Assembly: GCA_013265495.1 (NCBI GenBank)
Contig: MU057801.1
Coordinates: forward strand, 434,001 to 498,000
DNA length: 64,000 nucleotides
Direction: 5' to 3'
DNA from: Vicugna vicugna
Taxonomy: Eukaryota
Shown here: positions 12,689 to 24,129 of the stretch, one piece after another
How positions within the stretch are numbered: position 1 is the first letter of the stretch
How the letters are laid out: each line of letters starts with the position of its first letter
Position numbers and translations under genes: made by a program
The notes under the pieces: model-generated
Told to the model about the DNA's origin: nothing
The model's input: the letters and a program-made list of their open reading frames with translations, nothing else
The model's database searches: none

Positions 12689-13299
12689 GTAAGCAGACGC
12701 CGCGCGATAGAGGGGAGAGGCAGGCACGGAGGATGCTCGTGAGTGAGGGTGTGCGGGCGGCGCCCCAGATCCCGGGGAGAAGCCAGGGTGGCAGAGATTT
12801 TGTTCTAAGGAGCGAAGGCTGTGAGACCACCGGCCCCGGCCCCGGTTCCGGGGCGTCCTCACCCGGCCCCACAAGCAGCTGGTCCTGGTGGGAATTCCGC
12901 ACCCACGGACTGGCTGGCTGTGACCGCAGCCTCCTTCCTCGCGCTTCCCTCCGCTCAAGCAGAGGGGGCAACCGTTCGCCTAAAAAAAAAAGATTGTGAA
13001 GGGAATTCTGCTTCGGCAGTTTGATCAGACTGGGTGATCTAGGTCCCGGCTTTTTCCAGTTTGAAGACGCTCTTTCTTCCCGTACCTCTAGGAAGCCTAG
13101 AACTTGAGAGTAGAAAGCCACTTCTGATACCGTCTGCTGCTTAGAAAGGCTACGAGAATTTCCCTTTGTCCACAAGACAAGATGGTGGCAGCCAGGAAGC
13201 AGATGTAGGTGTAGGTGTCTTAGAATTCCAGGGTCTTCGGTCCACATGGGGGAGGCTGCCGGGGTCAGAAGCAATCTCTCTTCCCTCTTAAAAATGGTT

Positions 13300-15305
13300 T
13301 TAAATTGTAGAATACATCATATAAACAGAAAAGCACATGAAGCATGTACGTGCCCTGTGAAGGATAAAGGCGCTGGAAACTGGTGCGCCTGACACCTGCC
13401 GTAAGGAGGAACTCCTTACATAGAGCCCACCCCCTCCTTGGAGGAAACCACTGTCCTGCAGTTTGGGTTAATCGTTCCCTTTCTTCCCCGCAAAGCAGAG
13501 ATGAGCAAACTTTGTGTGTAAAGGGCCAGGTGGTGACCATTTCCAGCTCGGTGGGCTGCAGGTTGTCGGTCGCAAGCCCTCAGCTCTGCCGCTGGGCTGT
13601 GAAAGACACGATACGTAACCGACGGGCAGCCGTGGCCGCGTCCCAGGAACTCTGTGCTGAGGCGGGCAGCGGCCGAGCCTGGTTTTAAAGATGCGCCACG
13701 TACACATGGCTTCCCAAGTGATACCGTCACTCGTTTTGCCTACTTCCGGGCCGATTCTGCGGCAGCTGGAGGAAGTCGGCATTCCGTTCGGGGCTCTGTC
13801 TGTGAGCCTGTCGACCGCGGCGTGTGCGGCTGGAGTCCATGTGTTTTCCATGCCGTGTGATGCTCCTGCATGTACGTGATGTCGCAGTTCATCGTCCATT
13901 TCCCCGTTGACTGATGTTAAGTTGTTCCGGTCTGGTGCCATGACAAGCAGCGTCATGGGCATTGTGGGCACAGCTCACGTGCGGGGATCCCTCTCGGGTG
14001 TACCAGGCGATGCCGAAGTGTTTCCCGAGGCCGTGGCGCCTGTGACAGCCGCTGCAGCCGTCCGTGAGGGTCCTCCGCGGCCTGCCGGTCCTCAGTGCTG
14101 CTGGGCTTTCGCAGCTGGCCGTGCTGGTGGTTGGGAAGGTGCCCGCCCCTGGCTGTGAGTGTCCCTCCTCTGATGTCTGACGCAGCTCGGTGCCTTCTTA
14201 CTTGTTCGTGGGCCGTTCGTGGTGGGTCCGGGGGAAATGCCTGCCTGTGACGTCTGTCCGTTCGGGGAGGGGTTGTGTCCTCTCCTCGGCTCACAGGGAC
14301 TGTGTGTGCTCCGGGCACACGCTCGGCCGGCGGCACGGCCCTCAGAGGTCCCCTCCTCTTTGGGGGCTTACCTTTCCACTTTCCCTACAGCGTAAACTAA
14401 CAGCTGTCCTTAATCTTAACATGATCTTCTTCTCCTGGGTGTCGTGGGCATCGCTGACCCTTCACTCTTCCAGTAGCAAACTTGTGAAGCTCTGTGGGCA
14501 GCCCCACTGGATTTCACGGAAATGCACCAACCCTTCTGTCAGTTAGGTGACAATGCGGGCTTAGGGGTGTCAGTCCTCCTCGAAGGTGAAAATCTGAGTG
14601 TAACTTACAGCCTGCCTTCTGTGACCAGGGTTCTGCCTCCTCATATTCAGCCGAGGGGTGGTCGCGTGGATCTGCACGGCTATAGGATTCACTATCAAAA
14701 AACATTTCCGTGGAAGTGGACGCAGGGCGTTCAGACTGGTATTGTTCAGGGGTCAGCTGTGTAGGTCGTGATTTATGTTAGTCTCTTTAATACCTTTCAG
14801 TAGAAGTTTATAACTTTCTCCATCGATGGCTTGCACAATTTTTGTTTGATACGATCCAAAGTGCTTTATATTTTTATTGCTGCTGTTCAGGATCATTTTC
14901 TCATTGGTTGCTGCTGTAGAGTGTATAGAAATGTACTAGCTTTTTGTACGGTTTTGTGTTCTGCACATTGCCACACTCCCTCGTTTATTCAAAGAATGCA
15001 GATCCTTTCAGATTTTCCACACAAAATATTGTATCATCTGCATATAATGACAGTTTTGTTTGTTTCTTTTCAATCTTTGTAACATCTTTCTTTTTCTTGT
15101 CTTACTGCGCTGGACAAGATTTGTGGTGAAACGTAGGCTAGAAGTAGTGAGGAATGGCACCGCAACCTCATTCCTAGTTTTGAAGGGAACGCGTTCAATG
15201 TTATGCGTGTGACATTTGCTGTATGTATTTTTGTAGACATCCTTTATCAGGGTAAGAAAATTTCTTTTGATTTCTGGCTTGCTAAGCATTTATAATCATG
15301 CGTGG
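13300..15305 (-). mobile_element. Old LINE-1 (L1M) 3' end and ORF2 remnant, strongly GC-shifted in its left part
   Basis: The order of motifs follows the antisense L1 3' end. Recognisable, less altered L1 at 14800-15300 (gtgtatagaaatgtact, tcatctgcatataatgacagtttt). Confidence 0.7.
13496..13681. mobile_element. hAT-Charlie MITE, MER58A-like, nested in L1
   Basis: gcaaactttgtgtgtaaagggccag...gtcgcaa..ctcagctctgccg...gatacgtaa...cgtggc follows the MER58A consensus as recalled. Confidence 0.75.
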
Positions 15306-18300
15306 ATTTCTTTTTTCCCAAAAAAAGTACTTCTAAAATCTTTTCTGTATGGGGATATCTTTAACATCTTCCTATATGTTCCCATCGTAAACTATATTTT
15401 GATAAAGTATCAAATTCCTTAATCGTAGGCTTTCTCTCCTCTAATCTGTGTAGACTTGACTCCAATATTTATTCAAGTTAAAGAAAAATGAAAGTATTTA
15501 GAACGTGAATTCATTTGTTCCTCAGCTTGGGGATAGGGTTTTATTGTTGCTCTTAATCTTAACCCAAAATATTTGAGTTGGGGAGGAATCAGTTGTTAGT
15601 TAAAGAAACATTTTAGGGGAGCTCTATCTTAGCAGTCTTCTCTGAAAAGAAAATGTCTTCACATCTGACTGAATTCCAAAGCCATCAGCATTTTGTTTCT
15701 CCCTGAGAAGAGGTTGAAACAGACGGACTTTGTGAGCTTGAGACCACCGGTCGGGGCACAGCTGTTAATGGACGATAGTAATAATTTCACAAGTGAGTTT
15801 GACTTGCTGGGAGTGAATACTGGGGATGGCAAAATGGGACAACACTGGCTATTAGGACGCGCCAGGTGACGTCAGTAAGGAAGGGGCAGGGGACGGTGGC
15901 GGATCATGGAAGGGCCCGCTGATGGTGTTCTAGTTAGGTCTCAGGGCTCCGCCGTGCCACGCCAGTCCCTCCTGGGCGTGCATTAGTGTGGATGTGCAGC
16001 TGCGGCCACGTTCTTTGCAAGCACCACAAAGTACCGCCAGCCCCCAGCGCTGACCCTTGGCCCAGCCCTGCGTGCCATCTGTCAGACCGGCCGGCAGGGC
16101 TCTTTCCAACAGGCAGGGCAAATGGTCTAGCTGACTTTGGCCGAGACCTGATTCCCGATTGTTTCCCTGACCTGGGCAGCACTGGTGACATCTCTTGTTC
16201 AAACCTGGGCACGTTTCCATCCTTTGCATCTGGGGACCCCTTCCTGCAGGCTGACTGTTAACCAGCTGCTCTGCCTCCTGCAAGACAGACTCGACCTCAA
16301 GGTCAGGTTCCTCTGCGGGTTCAACGAAACTCTCTGGATCCTTTCCATCCACCTCCCTAGATCTGTTCTCACCGCATCGAGGAGGCGCTGGTGATACCAG
16401 TGGGAACAGTGGCAGCCAAGGCAGGTGCTGTAGCGGCCAAGGACTCACTGGGGGTGGCACTGGCTGCCTGCGGACGGGCTCGCTTGGAGCCATTTGGGGA
16501 CACATGGTGGTGGCTGAGCCATCAGCCACCGTGATGCCCAGGCCAACAACAGCTGTCACAGGACAGCAGTGCTGCCGAGGGTCTGGATCACAGGCTGGCT
16601 GGGTCCTACCTCTGCTTTATCCTCTGCTTTATCCTTTGTCTTTACCTTGGCACGCGGCATGCGCTGCAGGCGATGACGAGGGCAGATTCACCACTGGTGG
16701 CACTGTGTGTGTGCCTGTGAGTGTGTGTGCCTCTGCGTGTGAGTGTACCTGTCAGTGTGTGTGAAGGAGAGAGAGAAAGAAATTGATGAGTTAACTGGTT
16801 TATCACTTTGGAAATGGACAGAGTCCATTTCATGGTTTGTTCCTTTCTGAACCCACCAGCATTTAAAGCCACAGCACAAATGTGTTGTTGGCAAATGGAC
16901 TTCTCACCAGTCCTCCCCTCGGAGTGTCCCCGCACCCCTACACGCACCTGTCAGAGACCACGCATCCCTGCCCACCTTCCCAGCACCTGCTGGCGCTGCT
17001 TCTCCCTCAGACACGGGCGGAGTGCAGGGAAGCCGGAACACGGGAACTGTGGATGGAGAGGAGGGGGAGGCCAAGGCGGGTTCCAGCAAAGTCCCCGTCT
17101 CCTGGCCTTAACATCCCTGCCTTCTTAACTCCACGTCACCCTCATTTACCTCACTTAGCGGTGGCCCTGCAAAGAAAAGCTCTTGCCCACTGAATCCTTC
17201 CCGCCTCAGCCTTAATTAACAGGCTGTAGCTTCCTTTATCGTCATGGTGTGAATAGGTCTTGCCCTAGCGTCTTTGTGTGAGCCCATCAGATACTCATAA
17301 ACCTTGATTAAATCACCTCTTTTCACATCTTAACAAGCTCCGCTCTCAAAGGCTGCCCTCGCCTGGCCCTCCCCCACTGCACACACTGCCCTCCCCCCGC
17401 CACGTCCCGGGCGCGGCAGCGGCCCCTTCCCGGTGGGTAAGTGCCCCTACACACGGTGTCCTGAATAGGGTTGGAGCAGGCCCTTCAGAAGCTCAGGGCT
17501 CAGGAGGTACCCCCCCCCCAGGACGGCCGCGGCGCGGAGGAGGGCAGTGTGAGCCTCCCGCACTGCCTCCCGGTTCGCTTTCCAGACTCACCTGGAATCG
17601 CTTAATCAGGACGTCAGTGGTTCTCTGCTCCTCTGTCGTCGGTGACCTTGTGCCGTGTGCAGTAGACAATCACACACTAAATTCGAGGCGTCCGTTTTTC
17701 CAGACTCAGTCAGGATTTTCCCGAGCTATGACTGCCCACTCCAACTTGTCTGCTTCTCTGGGTGCACGTCTAAGATTTGCTGGTAACAGTTCCTCCAAGA
17801 TGCAGTCTTCCCTGGCGGCCGCTTGTCACGTCACCGACCTGCCTTTCTGCAGCTGCTTTAGTGTTCCCGCCGGTCTGTTTCACCTCAGATGTCTCCAGTT
17901 CCATTTGATATCCTTGGAAAGACTCCCTTTTCCGAATGATTGGCTAAATCCAAATCCGTCCTCTTCATTTTGCTTCCCAGTCATTCAGCTCTGTTTCTCC
18001 GCCCGCAGGCATGTTCACACGCTGTCCCGGGCTCCTCCCTGGTCACGCCCTGGCCTCCTTGCAAACAGGCATCTTCTGGCCCTGTGGTGCTTCAAACACG
18101 TCATGTGGCCCGTGAGGCTGACCATCCCTTGTTACTGAGACGGTCAACCTCAGATCCCAAAGTACAGACCAACACGGGGCCAAATTCCATTTAACACAAC
18201 ACGTATCCACTTTTATTTGTAAAGATGCTCTGATGAAAAGACTAGAGTGTTTTTTTTCCCCCTAGAATGTGTCACCTCCCTCCTTCCCACAGTGGCATTT

Positions 18301-18604
18301 GTGTGGAATTAACCTTTACTGGGATGAAGGGTGAGATTGTTGTGAGGCGTCCCCAAGTCATAACCAGCACGTGTCCCTTCAGATATTTGGGCTAAAGGTG
18401 ATAATGCGAAGGAAAACAAACGCAGGTGCTCACTGAGTCAGGGCTGGATGTTAAAGAGGGGGCCTGGGGCTCTGCTTCAAGTGGCGTGCTTCCCTGTCTC
18501 GTCTCTTGTCCAGTATGGTCCAACACTGGCCCCGTTCACCGTGGAAACATAGTTTGATGCACCATCTTAGCATCTGTCAGAAAGGCCTGGGTTGAGATTT
18601 TTTT

Positions 18605-19974
18605 TAAAAATTTTTTTATTGATTTATAATCATTGTGCAATGTTGTGTCAAATTCCAGTGTACAGCACAATTTTTCAGTTATACATGAACATACATATAT
18701 TCATTGTCACATTTTTTTCTCTTTGAGCTACCATAAGATCTTGTGTATATTTCCCTGTGCTATACAGTATAATCTTGTTTATCTATTCTACAATTTTGAA
18801 ATCCCAGTCTATCTCTTCCCACCTTCTGCCCCCTTGGCAACCACAAGTTTATATTTTGTGTCTGTGAGTCTATTTCTGTTTTGTATTTATGCTTTTTTTT
18901 TTTTAGATTCCACATATGAGTGATCTCATATGGTTTTTTTCTTTCTCTTTTTGACTTACTTCACTTAAAAATGATGATCTCCAGGTCCATCCATGTTGCT
19001 GCAAATGGCGTTATGTTGTCGGTTTTTGTGGCTGAATAGTATTCCATTGTATAAATGTACCACTTCTTCTTTATCCAGTCACCTGTTGATGGACATTTAG
19101 GCTGTTTCCATGTCTTGGCTATTGTAACTAGTGCTGCTATGAACATTGGGGTGCAGGTGTCATCCTGAAGTAGGGTTCCTTCTGGATATAAGCCCAGGAG
19201 TGGGGTTCCTGGGTCATACGGTAAGTCTATTCCTAGTCTTTTGAGGAATCTCCATACTGTTTTCCACAGTGGCTGCACCCAACTGCATTCCCACCAGCAG
19301 TGAAGAAGGGTTCCCTTTTCTCCACAGCCTCTCCAGCATTTGTCATTTGTGGATTTTTGAATGATGGCCATTCTGCCTGGTGTGAGGTGATACCTCATTG
19401 TAGTTTTGATTTGCATTTCTCTGATAATTAGTGATATTGAGCATTTTTTCATGTGCCTATTGATCATTTGTATGTCCTCCTTGGAGAATTGCTTGTTTAG
19501 GTCTTCTGCCCATTTTTGGATGGGGTTGTTTATTTTTTTCTTATTGAGTCATATGAGCTGCTTATATATTCTGGAGATCAAGCCTTTGTCAGTTTCACTT
19601 GCAAAAATTTTCTCCCATTCCGTAGGTTGTCTTTTTGTTTTACTTACGGTTTCCTTTGCTGTGCAGAAACTTGTAAGTTTCATTAGGTCCCATTTGTTTA
19701 TTCTTGCTTTTATTTCTTCTAGGAGAACATTTTTGAGATGTATGTCAAATAACGTTTTGCCTATATTTTCCTCTAGGAGGTTTATTGTATCTTGTCTTAT
19801 GTTTAAGTCTTTGATCCATTTTGAGTTGATTTTTGTTTATGGTGTAAGGGAGTGTTCTAGCTTTATTGTTTTACATGCTGCTGTCCAACACCATTTGCTG
19901 AAGAGACTGTCTTTATTCCATTGTATATTCTTGCTTCCTTTGTCAAAGATTAGTTGACCAAAAGTTTGTGGGTT
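18605..19974 (-). mobile_element. Young 5'-truncated LINE-1 (ORF2 C-terminus, 3' UTR, poly-A) with TSD
   Basis: ORF 18961-19467(-) is L1 ORF2 C-terminus ([26 protein letters not shown]...[18 protein letters not shown]). TSD gttgagattttttt at 18591-18604 and 19979-19992. Confidence 0.95.
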
Positions 19975-20024
19975 CTGAGTTGAGATTTTTTTATGGTTTT
20001 GAGGTGTCAGAACGATACATGGTC

Positions 20025-20610
20025 TTTTATTTTTTTAACTGAAGTGCAGTCAGTTACAATGTGTCAGTTTCTGGTGTACAGCACAGTGTCCCAGTCATGC
20101 ATATACATACGTGTATTCATTTTCATATTCTTCTTCATTATAGGTTATTACAAGATATTGAATATAGTTCCCTATGCTAGACAGAAGAAACTTGTTTTTT
20201 TTTAATCTATTTTATATATAGCAGCTAACATTTGCAAATCTCAAACTCTCAAATTTACCCCTTTCCCCTGATAACCATAAGGTTGTCTATGAATCTGTTT
20301 CTCTTTTGTAGATAAGTTCATTAGCGGCCTTTTTTAAAATTTTTTTTTTTTTTTTAGATTCCACATATGAGCGATCTCATATGGTATTTTTCTTTCTCCT
20401 TCTGGCTTACTTCACTTCGAATGACAATCTCCAGGTACATCCATGTTGCTGCAAATGGTATTATTTGATTCTTTTTTATGGCTGAGTAATATTCCATCAT
20501 ATACATATACCACAACTTCTTTATCCAGTCATCTGTCGATGGACATTTGGGTTGTTGCCATGTCTTGACTACTGTGTATAGTGCTGCTCTGAATGCTGGG
20601 GTGCATGAGG
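20025..20610 (-). mobile_element. 5'-truncated LINE-1 3' end
   Basis: T-tract, then gaagtgcagtcagttacaatgtgtc...tagattccacatatgag...catccatgttgctgcaaatgg. Confidence 0.85.
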
Positions 20611-21844
20611 AAAGTGCGCATTCTTATTCCCAGTGCCTCAACCTCATTTGTGTTCATGAGGACACTGCCCACAAGTGAGTGAGAGAAGCGAGTACCCCGT
20701 CTCACAGCCAGGACTCTTTTTTATGTTAATAAGGATGTAAAGGCTGAGCAAGCAAATTCAGTGCCCTTTAACATCAGCCCAGAGTGAAAGGTGAGGGACA
20801 GGAACTCAGGCTCGCACTGGCTCCCACATCAGCTGGCCCAGAAGGGAGGACGTCCATCACTGCAGAAGCTCTCCCAGAGGGTGCAGCTGCGGGCCAGTCA
20901 CATCCCCAGAGTTTGCAGTGAGTGGTGTTGGGCACAGCATCTCTGGGCAGTCCTTTCCTGAGATGCTGAGCACAGTCCCGTTTGGTTCTGAGTCTCTGGT
21001 GTGCAGATGGGGTCGCTCAAGGGTGGCTCAGTGGAGGCCCAGTAGGTAGAAGGAGGATGTGCTTTCTGGTTCTACCTGCTTCTGTGAGGCCAGCGGGAAA
21101 GAGGATTCTCCCAGATCGCATGCCCAGGCTGGACAGAGGGGAAAGAGGACAGCGTGGGGGAAGGGGCGGAGCCCGCAAGCTCTCTGGGCCCTTGGTCACT
21201 CTACAGGCGAGGCAGTGAGCACCACGTACGTCCTTCCTGCCCATTTGTGCGTGTGTACCGCTCAGCTGGCCAAACCCCGGCCAGCCCGCCACCTCCGCAC
21301 CACCACTGGCTGTCTCGGTGACGAACATTCTCCCCCCGTTCAGGTCTCTGGTCTTGACCTGCAGCTCAGCAGAACTGCCTGGTAGATATAGAATGACTTC
21401 TGACCCTCTGAGCATCTGTGTAATATCACAGCTCTTTTCAAACTTTTGCTGCAGGAGTTAAAGTCCTTCATAGATTTTCTTCCTCCTTCTCACCTGGTGG
21501 CATGTGAGTTGAAGGTATTATTTATGAGTCTAAATTAATAGCTGACGAGGCAGTGGTGATCTGCAAGGCCACTGAACCGCTTTAATATAAAGACCTCTTT
21601 ACCGAGCACCGAGAAGCCACTGAGCTATTCCATCGTTGTTGGAACTGGCAACATAAATCCATTTCAGAACTCCCGTTTTCAGCCTACTGAACCATGAGAA
21701 GAAACTGGCCTGCCTGCCTGCATTTTTTGTGGCCAAATAACGATCACAAAAAGATGCTCTGAAGCCACCTGGGCAGCGTGGCGTTACCACTCAAGCAGCG
21801 CTCTCAGTCCTCTCCTCCCAGGCCTGGGTCTCTGTGTGTGTCTT

Positions 21845-22447
21845 TTTTCCTTTCTTTTTTTATTGAAGTATAGTCGGTTAGCAGTGTGACCATTTCTGGT
21901 GAACAGCACACTAGTTCAGCCGTATGTAGGCATACATATGCTTGTTTTCATATTCTTTTTCATTATAGGTTACTATAAGATACTGAATACACTTCCCTGT
22001 GCTCTACAGAAGAAATTTGTTTTTTATCTGTTTTATGTATAAAGTCTCCAACTCCTGATTTCTCCCTTCCCACCCCCTTTCCCTGGTAAGCATAAGATTG
22101 TTTACTATGTCTGCAAGTCTGTTTCTGTTTTGTAGATGAGTTCATTAGTGTCTTCTTTTTTCTTCTTTTTCTTTATTCTTTTTTTAGATTCCACATATGA
22201 GTGATACAGTATTTGTCTTTTTCTGTCTGACTTACTTCACTTAGTATGATCATCTCTAGGTCCATCCATGTTGCTGCAGATGGCATCAACTGTCAGTAGT
22301 GCAGCTGTGGATGTTGGGGTGCATGTATCTTTTTGAATTAAAGTGCCCTCCTGATATATGCCCAGGAGTGGGATCGCTGAATCATTAGCTAAGTCTATTT
22401 TTAGGTTTTTGAGGAACTCCATACTGTTTCCCACAGTGGCTGCACCA
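21845..22447 (-). mobile_element. 5'-truncated LINE-1 3' end with an internal deletion
   Basis: ORF 22237-22434(-) resembles the L1 ORF2 C-terminus; near-TSD tgtgt(g/t)tcttttt on both flanks. Confidence 0.85.
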
Positions 22448-24129
22448 TGTGTTTCTTTTTGAGGATGATTTTGTACGTTTGTTTACTCTTCAGTATTTTC
22501 CATTACAAAAGCAATGCATGTTTATTGTAGAAAATTTAGAAAGAAGACTTTAAAAGCTAAGCAGAACACAGAATCCATACCTAATCCCAGAACGCAGTTC
22601 AGACGCCTGAGCTAGCCGAGACGAGAGCCGGAGGGCCACTGCCATTGGCTCCTAGAAGCAAGGCCTGCAACAGGCTTGCGGACAGAACGCCTCCCCTCTC
22701 TTGGAAGCAGGGCTCAGGAGGACCTTACCTCTGGTCCAGCACACTCCCCTCAGAGCGGAGGACACCGCAGCGGCAGGGCTGCCACGGCTCACGGCCAAGA
22801 TCGTGGCGTCAGAAACATGGGAACCAGAGTCCCCTGCCTCTCGGCCCAGCCCCCTTCACTCAGGACCGCCGGAGCCCGACGTGCGTTGTGCGGCGCCTGC
22901 TTGGACCGTGAGAGTGATTTTGCTTCGCTGTCAGAGTGGCTCAGGGGACGCCGGGATGACTCACGTGTGGAGGAAGAAAACATTGGCACGTCTCTTTGCA
23001 TTTCTGTTTTTTAAAAACAGACAGGGATCAAGCTCTGCTGGTGTCTGAAGCACAAATGCCGCCCGCCTTGGGCCAGAGGAAAGGCAGCCGTGCTCCGCGC
23101 GGACTCGGCGCCTCAGCGTCGCGGGCGCTGCCGCCGCGTAGGGGCTCGGCCTTGTTAGCGCGCTTCGGGGCGCGCTGAAGCTCTTGCGTGTCTGCTTCTG
23201 TGATTTAGAGGTGCCCTCCGGCTTAACCACACTCACCCCACAGAGGGCGCAAGGTCAGGTGAAGGACCCCTGCAGAGAAAGCACAGGTGGAAAATCCCGG
23301 GAAAGCCCCGAGGGAGCCAGGACAGGGCGGAGCCGCCGGCCGCCGAGCCCTCGGGCCGGCTCTTCGCCGCTCAGTTGTGAGCGCGATTAAGCCGTCAGTC
23401 GGGGTTCGTTGCAGACGACAGACTCTTCAGCTAATTCGAACAGAAAGGAACGTACTGCCAGTTATCGGCGGTTTATAAAGTTCGTTGAATGGGTTGGAAG
23501 GGCAGGCGTTAAACTGGTTTTCAGGAAAAATTCGGAAAGCATCTCTGCAGACCTGGCTGACCCCTGCCACAGGGAGGAATCTGTGGAGTCGGGGAACGGC
23601 CGGCTCCACAGCCACCCCTGCGGTGCCACCGTCCACACCAGCAGCATGGGCACCCCAGGCCCTGCCCGCTGTTGCCCGTGGCTTCGGCTCCAGCCAGCAC
23701 CTAACCCTTCCTGGACCAGAGCTGCCGGCAGAAGCAAGGAAGACAGTGGAAGCAAGACCCCCACTCAGGGCCCGACGCCCACCGCCCAAGTCCTGGAGTG
23801 TTTCTCTGTGGAGGACGCTTGTTCCCATGGAGAGCCCACACTTCCACCGTCTGGGAAAGGCAGCCTTTCACTTCCTGCCCGTGGGTCTTTGGGTCAGCCA
23901 TGCTGCAAGGGATCTGGAATGCAGCTGGCTGAACTAGCCTGCAGTATCTCCCATAACTAATCAAATCTGAGCAGAAGCCAGCCCCACAAAATGCAAGACT
24001 TTCAAGACTACCACTGGAAATTTGGATTTACACTTATTATCAGTAAGGATGAGCTTTTCCCTAATGATTGACAGGTTGACAAACCCATATCCAGCATCCT
24101 CGGCGCAGGTGTTGCATTAAAAAAATAGT

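Noticed and set aside
12351..13274. 307-aa minus-strand ORF
   Set aside because: It is the antisense shadow of a real CFAP61 exon plus GC-rich intron, where stops are scarce, and has no recognisable domain.
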